From NCBI GenBank assembly GCA_951406725.2, contig OX597817.1:86552001-86616000 (forward strand): a stretch of 64,000 nucleotides of DNA. The letters are read 5' to 3'. Positions 37,628 through 52,701 of this stretch are shown here, in pieces. Every line of letters starts with the position of its first letter. Positions within the stretch are counted from its first letter, which is position 1. This DNA is from Octopus vulgaris (lineage: Eukaryota). The notes under the pieces were generated by a model that worked only from the letters and a program-made list of their open reading frames with translations, made no database searches and was not told the DNA's origin. A program made the position numbers and the translations under genes.

Positions 37628-37995
37628 TGACTGTGTGGTAATTAGCTTGTTTACCAATCACATGATTCCGGACCTTGTACAAGTGTCTTCTACTAGAGCC
37701 TCGGGCCGACCAAAGCCTTGATAGTGGATTTGGAAGACGGAAACGGAAAGAAGCCCGTCGTATGTGTGTGTGCGTGTGTGTGTGTGTGTGTGTGTCTGTT
37801 TGTCTCTCCACCCTCACTTGACAACCGACAACCGATGTTGGTGTGTTTACGTCCCAGTAACTTAGCGGTTCGGCAAAAGAAACTGATAAGTACTAGGCTT
37901 ACAAAGAATAAGTCCTGGGATAGATTTGTTCGACTAAAGACGATCCTCCAGCATGGCCGTAGTCGAATGACTGAAACAAATAAAAGAAAAGAATA
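37628..37995 (+). mobile_element. SINE family A
   Basis: Full length with a small deletion after the head. Confidence 0.88.
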
Positions 37996-38057
37996 AATAT
38001 ATATATTTACATGTGTGTGCGTGTATGTATGTGTCTGCGTGTGTGTGTCTGTGTGTA

Positions 38058-38805
38058 CAGGGTGATTGAAAAGTGACTCCTTATTTTAAAATATTTACGA
38101 TTTATTTATTAACTATAATTTTTTCCTCAAATTTGTTGTGTATATTCTATAATGTATAGGATTTGATTCTATGTTGATGCTGTTTTTTTTTTTTTTGTTT
38201 TTTTTTTGTTCAGATCGATTATTTTGTTAGAAATTTAGAAGCCCTACAAACATGGTTGGACATCTTACTGTGCAGGAGCGTGCCCAGCTAGCGGCACGTT
38301 ACGAAGTTTGGAGATCAGCTGATCAAGCGCAAAGATGGTGGAGGACCATTAGAGGAAGACATGCACAAGTTGATGCAAAGACGACCAAGAATTTCCATGC
38401 AAGACTCATGACTACAGGATCTGTAGCAGATACTCGAAGAAGCGTTCGACCTTCCAATTCATCGAGGTCTGCATGATTGGCCGCCCAGAAGCCCTGATTT
38501 GACACCCTGCGACTTTTTTCTTTGCGTTTGGTTAAAGGAGCAAGTCTACCAAACCAACGACTTTAGAAGAACTTAAAGGGCGAATACGAGAAGTTATATC
38601 TTTCCTCCCACAAGTGTTCCTGATGAAATCAATTGTTGCGGTTCACGGGTGGCTTGAGAAGCTGGTAGCGAGTGCTGGTGTCTGTATCGAATTTTAAATA
38701 AAACTCCATGCTATACGCTTTCTTCACATATTTTTTTCTAAAAATTATAGCTAATAAATAAATTATAAGTATTTTAAAATGGGGAGTTACTTTTCAATCA
38801 CCCTA
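38058..38805 (+). mobile_element. Internally deleted Tc1/mariner-superfamily transposon (rosa/DD41D-like)
   Basis: TIRs cagggtgattgaaaagtgactcc / ggagttacttttcaatcaccct with TA flanks; N-terminal HTH ORF 38252-38476 (TGSVADTRRS.RP) joined to C-terminal WPPRSPDLTPCDFF..WLKEQVY. Confidence 0.88.
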
Positions 38806-39399
38806 TATATCTATATGTATGTGTGTGTATGCATGTATGTATGTATATAAATGCGAATTAGTTTTGCTTTGTTCCTAGGTTTGAATGCAAAACTGTTGTT
38901 ACACAACCTAGTGCACCTATGAGAATAGTTACAAATGAAAATCTATAGTCTGAATATCAGAGTTGTAAGTTTCTAACTAGGTCTCCATAGATGTTCTGCT
39001 TTTCTCCAGTTTTTAATGAGACAATTACATCTCCCTGGCAGCTAACCTCTACAACAGTGCCTGATTTTCGTTCCCTTCCCCATAGAATATTTGGCCTATT
39101 ATGTTTACGCTGGATTATTGTTTTTATTAGAATGTTCCACTGGTATTCTTTATTTTTAAAGGTACGGATACATTTTATTCCTGGTATGCTCATCAGAGAA
39201 ATTCTTCCTGTGTGTAGCAATGTAGTCTGTCTTAGCAACAATATCAAGTCTCTTGGGAAGATGGTGTCTTGCGGACATTTTGGGATAGCTACTGATATGA
39301 ATGGAATTTTATTACTTTAAATAAAAAAAAAAGGCAAGAAATACTGGAGCTGGTATAGTCTCTAATTGAAGAGGTAGTACTGCTTTGATCACCATATTC

Positions 39400-39735
39400 T
39401 TTTATTCTTTTATTGTTTAACTTGTTTCAGTCATTTGACTGTGGCCATACTGGAGCATCTCCTTAAAGAGTGAAATCGACCCCAAGACTTATTCTTTGTA
39501 AGCCTAATACTTATTCTATCAATCTCTTTTGCCGAACCGTTAAGTTACGGGAACGTAAACAGACAAATATCGGATGTCAATCGATGGTGAGAGAACAAAT
39601 ACAGACACAAAGACACACACATAAATATATATACATATAGATACGACGAGCTTCTTTCAGTTTCCACTCACAAGGCTTTGGTCGGCTGGAGGCTATACTA
39701 GAAGATACTTGCTCAAGGTGCCACACAGTGGGACT
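39400..39735 (-). mobile_element. SINE family A, head replaced or truncated by a MITE
   Basis: cttgtttcagtcatttgactgtggccatactggagca...ccacacagtgggact. Confidence 0.85.
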
Positions 39736-39736
39736 A

Positions 39737-39960
39737 AGAGGGTGGGCTGAAAAGTTTATAGGATGACTATGAAGGAATGATGCTAGAGCTGTGGAATCTT
39801 GCATGCATTAATTTCCACACTGGAAAGAAACAATGAGATTATTAAGAAATTAATGAAATTAATGCATGCAAGACTCGCTCCTCTAGCATCACAGCTCTAG
39901 CATCACAGCTCTAGCATCACTCCTTCATAGTCAGCCATTGAACTTTTCAGCCCACCTTTG
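39737..39960. mobile_element. Mariner-derived MITE with long TIRs
   Basis: gggtgggctgaaaagtt..gactatgaaggaatgatgctagagctgtg / cacagctctagcatcactccttcatagtc..aacttttcagcccacc; ends shared with the mariner relic at 56760-57600. Confidence 0.85.
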
Positions 39961-40583
39961 TACGGTACAACCGACATTTTCTATCACAACGTGGATGTCT
40001 AGAAGCATCAGTTCCCCTTGTTGATGAAGTATTTAGTAACAATCTCCTATTCTTGGATAGCAAAGACATATCCTTCAGAGGTCTAGAAGAGGCTAATATT
40101 TCTGTCAATATTGTTAGTATTTTCAAGTTTGCGGGATATGTACCCATGCATAACTTACTGCTGGCACAGCGAGTGCTCCTCTACCTAGTCTCTGTTTAAG
40201 TAGGCCAATCCAATCATTCTTGGTTCACAGGGAATAGATGTAGACTATATACGGAATGTAATAATTACTCTTTTTACTTCTTAATAGGTGTTGTCTAAGT
40301 TACACGATCTAGCACTCAAAGGCTGTCTAGACTGATCTTATCGTTTGTCTCCATCCCTCCTTTGTCAGTTTATGTGGAAGTTATTAGCCATTGTTAGTAT
40401 CTTTCGGGTCTTGATGTCTAAATTGCAGATTTCTTCAAGTGTTCAGACTAGCATTAGCATTGCGAAAGCATTGTAGGGTATAGTTATTGAATGCAAACAA
40501 TTCTGACTTTCATATCTCAGAAGTTTGCTGAAGTTTTGTTTTGTCACCCTAGCTTTACTCACAGCACCGGTATATGCGATATA

Positions 40584-41085
40584 CAGTAATCACTTGCCAT
40601 ATCGCGGTTCCCTTATCGCACCCTTAGCACATCGCGGATTTTTCAGGTTAATACATGTAAATTTATATCACGCACTCCTCAGTATATTGCGGGTTTCTGC
40701 GGCCGATTTGGTATTTATATATATATATTTTTTATTTTAATTATTTCCCTGATAAAATAAGCATTTTCACGCCTAAAAATTAATAAATTAATGAACAAAA
40801 ATGCAATACAGTACTGCACTGTATAACACATTAATTAAAATATATTAAGAAAAAATACTAGTGCACCGTAGATGAATAAACAAAGAATTGCGCATACTGT
40901 ATGGAAAACGAAACTCGGGAGGTGAGTGTGTGTTGTTTTGCGTTTAAAATAAAATAAATACATACAAATTATTAAAATAATTTTTAAAATGTACAATATC
41001 GTACTGTTTCTACTTCGCGGATTTTCTTCTATCGCGGTGGGGGGCCGTTTGGAACGTAACACCCACGATAGTCGACGGACTACTA
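40584..41085. mobile_element. Tigger/pogo-like MITE
   Basis: Imperfect TIRs cagtaatcacttgccatatcgcgg / ccacgatagtcgacggactacta with TA flanks; repeated tatcgc motifs. Confidence 0.65.
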
Positions 41086-41130
41086 TATACGTCAATTCCC
41101 AGGTAATTTCTCGCATTCAAAAAATGCTCC

Positions 41131-41203
41131 GGAGATGCCAGAGATCGAACCCGGTGCCCTTTTATATATACAAAGTTAACGCTTTGCCACTGAGATATAA
41201 CAT
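41131..41203 (-). pseudogene. Degenerate tRNA-Ala-like sequence (copy 1)
   Basis: Minus strand ctcagtggcaaagcg...ccgggttcgatctctggcatctcc followed by TTTTTT. Confidence 0.6.
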
Positions 41204-41259
41204 TCACTTTCATTCGTTCCCGTTAATTCCTGCGTATTCGTAGCATTCAAAAAATGCTC

Positions 41260-41320
41260 TGGTATTCCCAGGGATTGAACCCGGTGTCTTTCACATGCAA
41301 AGTGAACGCTGTATCATTCA
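41260..41320 (-). pseudogene. Degenerate tRNA-Ala(UGC)-like sequence (copy 2, 5' part lost)
   Basis: Minus strand agcgttcactTTGCAtgtgaaagacaccgggttcaatccctgggaatacca followed by TTTTTT. Confidence 0.6.
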
Positions 41321-41755
41321 TTTCCATTCGTTTGAGAGGGAGATAGAAAAGACAGCTTAGTGAGGGAGCTCTTTCTGTAGATCCTAAAACGTGAAAATTC
41401 TTATGTTGGGCGACCCAGAATGGCATACATTGATTAACTCTCTGGTGATGTCGAGTTACAAACAGAAGACTTCAAAAGTTTCGTGGAAGACGGGAACGCT
41501 TGGGGAGAAATAATTGTTTTGGTCCGTCAATCTGCCTGAAACGATAGGCAGATAGAAAATTCATCACTAGTGATAAGGAAGATAAACAGGCTATTAATAT
41601 CCATATTCCTTGACGAATCGACAATCTTTCTTCGTTTGACAATGCTATATGACCACTTGTCTTGACCAAACTCTATTCTTATATCCCACAAGAATGCAGT
41701 AACCAGTTCTAACTATTTCTCAGTGTTGTGAAAATTACTCGACTACAGTTCGAAT

Positions 41756-42610
41756 CAGTAGTTCTTAACCGAGTTTTACATGAACCCTGAAAGTCCATAT
41801 AAAATTTTGGAGGAGTCGATGCAAGCAAAATAGTAAACTGGGGATTCACAATAGCATTTTAAGCGTCCCTGAAAAAATTTGTTTTAGATGTGCTTATTGT
41901 AAAAAACAGCTAGATTTCTTTCTCTAACGTTTTACTTACCGTAAATCCTCGAGTATAGTCCGCCCTTGAGTATAATACGCAGGGGATTTTTAGGGGGCTG
42001 TACCTCTGAAAAACCTAAACCGTGTGTATAATACGCAGCCCTTCTCTAACTTGAGTCAAGGAGGTATATAAAACGTCCCTGGTTTGTAAAAATATATACG
42101 GTAACGTCCTTTATTATTATTGTATATATAACATAATGCAAACGTGTAGCTTTTTTGTGCATTTTGTTTGCAGAAAATAAAGAAATAACAGTAATGACGT
42201 TTAATAAATGTTGCTTACTGCAAGTTATGGATGATTCTTTTATGACTTCATTGCTTTCAAGGCATAGCTTAAGGTATTTTCGCGCCCGACATCACAAAAT
42301 GCCTCTGAATAAACAGCACCGGACAGCAAATAGAGACTCGGACATTGCTTAGAAAATAATTTTCATTTTTAACTTCGTAAATAGTACGCACCAGGGATTT
42401 TGACCTTTAAATTTTTGGGGGAAAATGCGGATTATACTCGAGGATTTACGGTAGTTCAAGCTACACAAGTGAATGTGTGAAAAACAAAATAAGAATTTTG
42501 AAAGAAATTTTTATAAAACTAGTTTTTAAACAACGAATGGTTATAGGGATCTGTAAGAATAAAACAATAATCAAAGGGGTCCATAGGCAAAAAATTGTCC
42601 AGAACCACTG
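41756..42610. mobile_element. hAT-type MITE interrupted by a Tc2/pogo-like MITE
   Basis: Ends cagtagttctt / agaaccactg, with subterminal ggggtccat typical of hAT MITEs; TSD not clear. Confidence 0.6.
41939..42451. mobile_element. Tc2/pogo-like MITE with near-perfect TIRs and TA TSD
   Basis: ta|ccgtaaatcctcgagtatagtccgc ... gcggattatactcgaggatttacgg|ta. Confidence 0.92.
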
Positions 42611-42899
42611 GATTAGATCACCAGCATTTTCTTTTTCCTTTGTGAGAGTGTGGCTGCTTCCTTGATTCTCTGATTCCGGACCGTTACACCAGCTGAACAC
42701 CACTCTAATAGGTTTTGTGTATAACCCATAGTAAAAGGAAAAATATTTCCGCAAGGTGCTTTGCAATCGAACCCAGAAACATACGATTGCGAAGCGAATT
42801 TCTTAACCACAGAGCCTACCGCAGGTCACATAACCATCATATTTCCCTTCTTTCTTTCTCTGTTGCTCATTTTTCTTGTCTTTTCTTTTGTTTCTAAGC

Positions 42900-45735
<2,836 letters not shown>

Positions 45736-45845
45736 GTAATTGAGTTCTGTGGGTACGATTACTTATGTGCCCAAGTGTAGTGTACAGATTTGTGAATGGG
45801 AGGAACGACTGCGAGAGAAAAGATTATAAGGATCGCATACTATCA

Positions 45846-46314
<469 letters not shown>

Positions 46315-46533
46315 TACACCACCGTTGTATAGCCCTAGGAAGCATCGACGCCTCCTGATGGCTTTGACACATTTTTCCCTGTGTCCTTATATACATTTAC
46401 GAAGGGAGACAAACACCCCCGGCCGCCGGAGCTGCATCTAGGGACACGTGTTTCAGGATCATTGTTTTTCATCGGCCTAGAGTAGCAGACACCGGTCAGC
46501 TGGCGATATTTGTCTCGACTTCGTATTGTATAT

Positions 46534-46580
46534 ATCTAGGCCGATGAAGGACAATGATCCTGAAACACGTGTCCCTAGAT
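46534..46580 (+). ncRNA. Minimal type I hammerhead ribozyme (CCGAUGA variant)
   Basis: atctagg CCGATGA agga-caatga-tcct GAAA c-acgt-g TC cctagat; all three stems paired. Confidence 0.88.
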
Positions 46581-46903
46581 GCAGCTCCGGCGGCCGGGGG
46601 TGTTTGTCTCCCCTTCGTAAATGTATATAAGGACACAGGGGGAAATGTGTCAAAGCCATCAGGAGGCGTCGATGCTTCTTAGGGCTATACAGCGGTGGTG
46701 TACCCCCCTACTGTCACGTTCGTGTTAGATTGACAGTATACAACCATTCTATCGCCCCACCACCGTACATGTATCTACAAGAGATTTAGAAATTTAGTAT
46801 TAGTATTTCTTATTTTGATAATCAGTGAATAGACTTCACTGAATTATAGATATATACAATACGAAGTCGAGACAAATATCGCCAGCTGACCGGTGTCTGT
46901 TAC

Positions 46904-46948
46904 TCTAGGCCGATGAAGGACAATGATCCTGAAACACGTGTCCCTAGA
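46904..46948 (+). ncRNA. Minimal type I hammerhead ribozyme (second tandem copy)
   Basis: tctagg CCGATGA agga-caatga-tcct GAAA c-acgt-g TC cctaga. Confidence 0.88.
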
Positions 46949-47183
46949 TGCAACTCCGGCGGCCGGGGGTGTTTGTCTCCCCTTCGTAAATGTATATAAG
47001 GACACAGGGAAAAATGTGTCAAAGCCATCATGAGGCGTCGATGCTTCCTAGGGCTATACAGCGGTGGTGTAACCCCCTACTGTCACGTTCGTGTTAGATT
47101 GACAGTATACAACCATTCTATCGCCCCACCACCGTACATGTCTCTACGAGAGATTTAGAAATTTAGTATTTCTTATATATATA

Positions 47184-48019
47184 CTAGCAGAAATGCCCGG
47201 CGTTGCTCGGGGCTGAATTACTTGAAAGTACTGTTAATGATTGCACTGAATGATGATGATTATTCAGGCAAATATTGATATAAGTTTACGCTGGGAGATA
47301 AGGACTTAACGATCAAACGTGTGCCATTGCATTGTTTTGGGGGAACCAAATTTCTGATGAGCATTATAGGGGCACCAACTTTAAGTTTGAGAATGTGTGG
47401 TGGTAGTCCGGGGTGCTCAAAGGAATTGAGTACCTCTATTGGATAGTTGATGACGTCCTCTGGGTCAGGAGTTGTATCGATAGACTGATATACATAGACT
47501 TCCCCAGGAATGAGTTTTAGCATTTCATCATTAATATGGTGAACAGTTTTATTCCTCGGGGCCAGTATAGCCTTTTTGCCAATCCAATCCATATTCTGAT
47601 AATTAGCTTGTAGATCTTGGAACACTGCATCAGAAGGCGTCTTAACAATGGTACAAATGGAATCGATGGCAATATTACCATTTTCATCCCCTGGTATTTT
47701 GCCTTCGCCAAGTGCAATGAGGGTGTGAGGAAATGCTGCTGATGTGATATTACGTCGCATATGAGCACGCATATTGGTGTGAAGTTTGAGAGTTACTTCC
47801 CTTAATTTTAAAAAATGCATTAAAATGGGAAAAAATGATGGTAAATTATTTGTAAAATCGTAGACTCATCGTAGACGCGCGCTAATACCCAGAAGGGCTC
47901 GATATGAATCACGACTATAAGATACTCGGTTTTGGTTAAACTGCATCACAAAATGTGGGAGTAGTTAGGAATCTAAATCGGAGTAGACAGACACACAACC
48001 TTTCTTTTATATATAAAGA
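47184..48019 (-). mobile_element. Non-autonomous Helitron (family HA) retaining a Pif1-like helicase fragment
   Basis: Minus strand a|TC...cccgagcaacgccggg hairpin...CTAG|t; ORF 47260-47820 LHTNMRA, AILAPRN..VHHIN, YPIEVLNS..PGLPPHILKLKVGAPIMLIRNL...CNGTRL. Confidence 0.93.
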
Positions 48020-48020
48020 T

Positions 48021-48675
48021 TTTCGTCCTAAAAAACTTTGTATGGAGTGAATGGTTACCTCTATGGAAATATATACACACACATTATACATACATGTGTG
48101 TATAGATGAATATATAAATACATTTAAATATCTATATACACTTTTGGATGATCTTTCTGCTTCTTAGAGATAACTTTAGATGTTATTTTCGTCCTAAAAA
48201 ACTTTGTATGGAGTGAATGGTTACCTCTATGGAAATATATACACACACATTATACATACATGTGTGTATAGATGAATATATAAATACATTTAAATATCTA
48301 TATACACTTTTGGGCGATCTTTCTGTTTCTTAGAGATAACTTTAGATGTTATATTCGTCCTAAATAACTTTGTATGGAGTGAATGGTTACCTCTATGGAA
48401 ATATATACACACACATTATACATACATGTGTGTGTCTATACACACTTTTGGGCGACTGCTACTTAGAGATAACTTTAGATGTTATTTTCGTCCTAAAAAA
48501 CTTTGTGCGGAGTGAATGGTTACCTCTATGGAAATATATACACACACGTTATACATACATGTGTGTATAGATGAATATATAAATACATTTAAATATCTAT
48601 ATACACTTTTGGGCGATCTTTCTGCTTCTTAGAGATAACTTTAGATGTTATATTCGTCCTAAATAACTTTGTATG
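48021..48675. repeat. ~167-bp tandem repeat, about 4 copies
   Basis: ttcgtcctaaaaaactttgtatggagtgaatggttacctctatgg recurs at ~48021, 48188, 48354, 48487 and partially at 48654. Confidence 0.95.
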
Positions 48676-48917
48676 AATTGAAAAAGTAAATGAATTGAAA
48701 TTCTAAAAGAAAGGAATTTGTTTACATACATGTGTAAAATGGCAAATGTTTGTGCAGTTGTCCGATGGAACTGATGTATTATAATGAATAGTCCTTCTTC
48801 TTGTGAATATTAATTTGATTAATATGAACTGAAAACCAGTGGTGTAGCATAGGTGATCTTCTAGCAAAAAGGATGACCAGTCTGAATGGGTCGTCCCTGT
48901 CACACACACACACACAC

Positions 48918-49030
<113 letters not shown>

Positions 49031-49314
49031 AGCTTACAATGTCTGTCAACAATTGACACTGTCGTATATATTAGCGTGTCTATGTGTCTAAAGAGGAAGT
49101 GGAAGTAATAGGCAGAGTAAAGGCTTCAAAGTGAAATGTTAAAATATTGAGTTTTCTCGAATTTTGTCTTAATTGGGGGTGAAATTGAAAGAAATTTTGT
49201 ATGGCATGAACCAATGGAATTTCTTGGAAAAATCATAGGTAAAGTCTAATTGAAGAAATTGTGTGAGGAGTAAATCATTATGTATTTATTTGTTTCTGTT
49301 TGCTGCTTTCTTTT

Positions 49315-49595
49315 TAAATATTACATCTAGTTTCACTTTATTCGTTGCACACTGTGTGTGTGCGTTTGCGTGTGCTGTAAACCAGACTAAGAAAAGCATT
49401 TGACATACACACCAGAATGTGAGTTTTCTGTAAATTTTGCTTAATTGGAGTTTAAATTTTAAAAACTGGACCTGGCATGACCCGATGCATTCTACTCTTA
49501 AAAATGCTAGGTAAATTGTAATTGAAGAAATCCTATATTGTAGATTTCTATAACTTACAAAGGGAGGCAGATAAAATCTGCCTTTTATAATAAGA
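49315..49595 (-). mobile_element. Helitron-like family HB 5' segment
   Basis: Minus strand begins TCttattataaaaggcagattttatctgcc; matches 51393-51670. Confidence 0.75.
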
Positions 49596-50229
49596 CTAGC
49601 AGTATCGCCCGGCGTTGCTCGGGTTTGTAAGGGAAATAACTATATAAGCATTTTTAGAGAGTTATAGCCAAAAAATAGCAAAAATGCAAAAAATGGAAAA
49701 AATATGATGGTAAATTTTTTTTTAAATCGTTGACTCATCGTAGACATTTTTAGAGAGTTACTTCCCTTATATAATAGCGAAAAAATGCATTAAAATGGAA
49801 AAAAAACGATGGTAATTTTTTTTTTAAATCGTAGACTCATGTAGACGCTTTCTTAGCCATTTCTGTTTTGGTGTCTTCAAGCCATGAAGTCGTTGTTCTA
49901 AAAGAACACTGGTCTCCTTGACAACGCATTACGACGTTGATTTCCTTACACTCCCTTCCTCACAGGTGCAGGTGTGAGCGTGGACGCCAACTCCGCCGCC
50001 ATCGACACACGAAAAATTATGCATTAAAATGGAATAAAAAATGATGTTAAATTATTTTTAAAATCGTAGACTCATCGTAGACGCGCGCTAATATTCAGAC
50101 GGGCTCGATATGAATCACGACTATAAGCTACCCGAATTTGGTTAAACTGTACCGCAAAATGTGGGAGTAGTTAGGAATCTAAATCGAAGGGGACAGACAC
50201 TCACACAACTACAGTTTTATATATATAGA
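49596..50229 (-). mobile_element. Non-autonomous Helitron family HA
   Basis: TC start, cccgagcaacgccggg hairpin plus CTAG; internal repeats of aaatcgtagactcatcgtagac. Confidence 0.9.
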
Positions 50230-50297
50230 TATACATAGCGCAGTAGTGGTGAGATATGACAGCAAAGAAAAGCATACATTCACTCTCTGCATGCAAT

Positions 50298-50605
50298 TAG
50301 ACTCGGAAAGTTCGTGAGGAACCCATTGACCCAATTTGCTGACTTTTCCGATAGCACACAGGTGTCAATGAATGGTTGAATGACCAAATCCAAGCTTCTC
50401 TGCTAGTTCCTCAACAGTTACGATGATATTTTGTTCCACCAGGGTTTTCAGGATGTCCTTGTCGAGTTCTACAGATCTTTCAGGATGAGGCTCGTCTTCT
50501 AGGGTGTAGTTTATGGCTCGGGATTTCTGGAACCACCATTGACACTGCCTTACGCTTATTGTCCAATCCCCATATACTGCATTAATATTTCTTGTACTTT
50601 GCACA
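50298..50605 (-). mobile_element. Mariner transposase N-terminal fragment
   Basis: STRNINAVYG..ISVRQCQWWF...LEDEP...TVEELAEKL..GHSTIH*HL.AIGKVSKLGQWVPHEL. Confidence 0.88.
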
Positions 50606-51019
50606 CATTTATATTCTGTTATTCTTTTATATGTTTCAGCCTTGAGGTTGTGGCCATGCTGGATCATGTGTGTGTGTGTGTGTGTGTGTGTCTATCTGTC
50701 TGTCTGTCTGTATGTATATATGTATATCTATGTGTGTGAACAATAATATTTTCAACAGATGTGTTGCAAATGTATCTGATTGTTCTCAAGCTTCAATACT
50801 GTGTGTGTGTGTGTATGTGTGTGTGTGTATGTATGTATGTATATGTATGTATGTATGTATATGTATGTATGTATGTATGTGTGTATGTATGTATGTGTGT
50901 GTGTATGTATGTGTGTGTGTATGTGTGTGTATGTATGTATGTATGTATGTATGTATGTATGTATGTATGTATGTATGTATGTATGTATGTATGTATGAGT
51001 GTATGTTTACTTTATTACT

Positions 51020-51378
51020 GATTACTCTCTTCCAAGAACATTTTCACTCACTCTTAGCTCTTAGCTTCCCATACATTTTACTCATGTATCTATCAGCGTC
51101 ATAGACAGAATACTTTCACTTTAGTCTTCCTCAAATCACTCTGTCGCTATTTACTTTCATTTTATTCGTTGCCCACTGTGTGTGTGTGCGTTTGCGTGTG
51201 GTGTAAACCAGACTAAGAAAAGCATTTGACACACACACCAGAATGTGAGTTTTCTGTAAATTTTGCTTAATTGGAGTTTAAATTTTAAAAACTGGATCTG
51301 GCATGACGCGATGCATTGTACTCTTAAAAATGCTAGGTAAATTGTAATTGAAGAAATCCTATATTGTAGATTTGTATA
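51020..51378 (-). mobile_element. Family HB segment, inverted relative to 51435-51810
   Basis: Reverse complement of parts of 51435-51810. Confidence 0.8.
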
Positions 51379-51392
51379 TATATATATATATC

Positions 51393-52170
51393 TCTTATTA
51401 TAAAAGGCAGATTTTATCTGCCTCCCTTTGGGAGTTATACAAATCTACAATATAGGATTTCTTCAATTACAATTTACCTAGCATTTTTAAGAGTACAATG
51501 CATCGCGTCATGCCAGGTCCAGTTTTTAAAATTTAAACTCCAATTAAGCAAAATTTACAGAAAACTCACATTCTGGTGTGTGTGTCAAATGCTTTTCTTA
51601 GTCTGGTTTACACCACACGCAAACGCACACACACAGTGTGCGACGAATAAAATGAAAGTAAATGTAATATTTGTTTCTGTCTATCACGCTGATAGATACA
51701 TGAGTAAAATGTATGGGAAGCTAACAGATAACAGTGAGTGAAAATGTTCTTGGAAGAGAGTAACTTAGCGACAGACTGATTTGAGCAAGACTAAACTGAA
51801 AGTATGAAACAGTGTTTATGTATAAACAGACGACACTTATATAAACCCTTTCGTTACCAAACCGCCCGAATTTACCTATTCATATTTAAATGAGAATATC
51901 AGAGTAAATCTCTTTAGTACATTCGTGAAAACACGTATTATACTTCGTAAACAGTTCAAATACAGTTTTGTACAAAAATCGAAGTGTAATTTTAATTCCG
52001 TGAATTATGGGAGATTTTTTTCCGAAATTTGTTCCTATTGTGTTTTCAAAATTTGTAATTCTGACAAAAAATGGATACGAATTTCATTATATCAAGCAGC
52101 GAGTCAGAATTCGAAGGATTTTCTACTGAAGACCTTCATAAATCTAACTCTATGACTGAAAAAAAAAAGC
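51393..52170 (+). mobile_element. Helitron-like family HB (5' TC end; 3' end not identified)
   Basis: TCttattataaaaggcag start, repeated at 52568 and at 49595 on the minus strand. Confidence 0.65.
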
Positions 52171-52171
52171 A

Positions 52172-52567
52172 TCTTTATATAAGAGTGAAGTTGTGTGTCT
52201 GTCCCCTTCGATTTAGATTCGTAACTACTCCCACATTTTGCGGTGCAGTTTAACCAAAAGCGGGTATCTTATAGTCGTGATTCATATCGAGCCCTTCTGG
52301 GTATTAGCGAGCGTCTACGATGAGTCTACGATTTAAAAAAATTTACCATCATATTTTTCCATTTTAATGCATTTTTTTCGCTTTTATATAAGGGAAGTAA
52401 CTCTCTAAAAATATCTACGATGTGTCAACGATTTTTTAAAAAAATTTACCTTAATTTTTTTTCTATTTTTAATGCATTTTTTTGCTATTTTTTGGCTATA
52501 ACTCTCTAAAAATGCTTATATAGTTATTTCCCTTACAACGCCGAGCAACGCCGGGCGATACTGCTAG
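52172..52567 (+). mobile_element. Non-autonomous Helitron family HA (short variant)
   Basis: a|TCtttatataagag...ccgagcaacgccggg..ctgCTAG|t. Confidence 0.9.
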
Positions 52568-52655
52568 TCTTATTATAAAAGGCAGATTTTATCTGCCTCC
52601 CTTTGTAAGTTATAGAAATCTACAATATAGGATTTCTTCAATTACAATTTACCTA

Positions 52656-52699
<44 letters not shown>

Positions 52700-52701
<2 letters not shown>

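Noticed and set aside
38850-40560. Non-repetitive-looking sequence around the SINE and MITE as coding exons or transposase
   Set aside because: Only short ORFs without recognisable motifs
47260-47820. Host PIF1 helicase gene
   Set aside because: Partial, intronless and enclosed by Helitron termini
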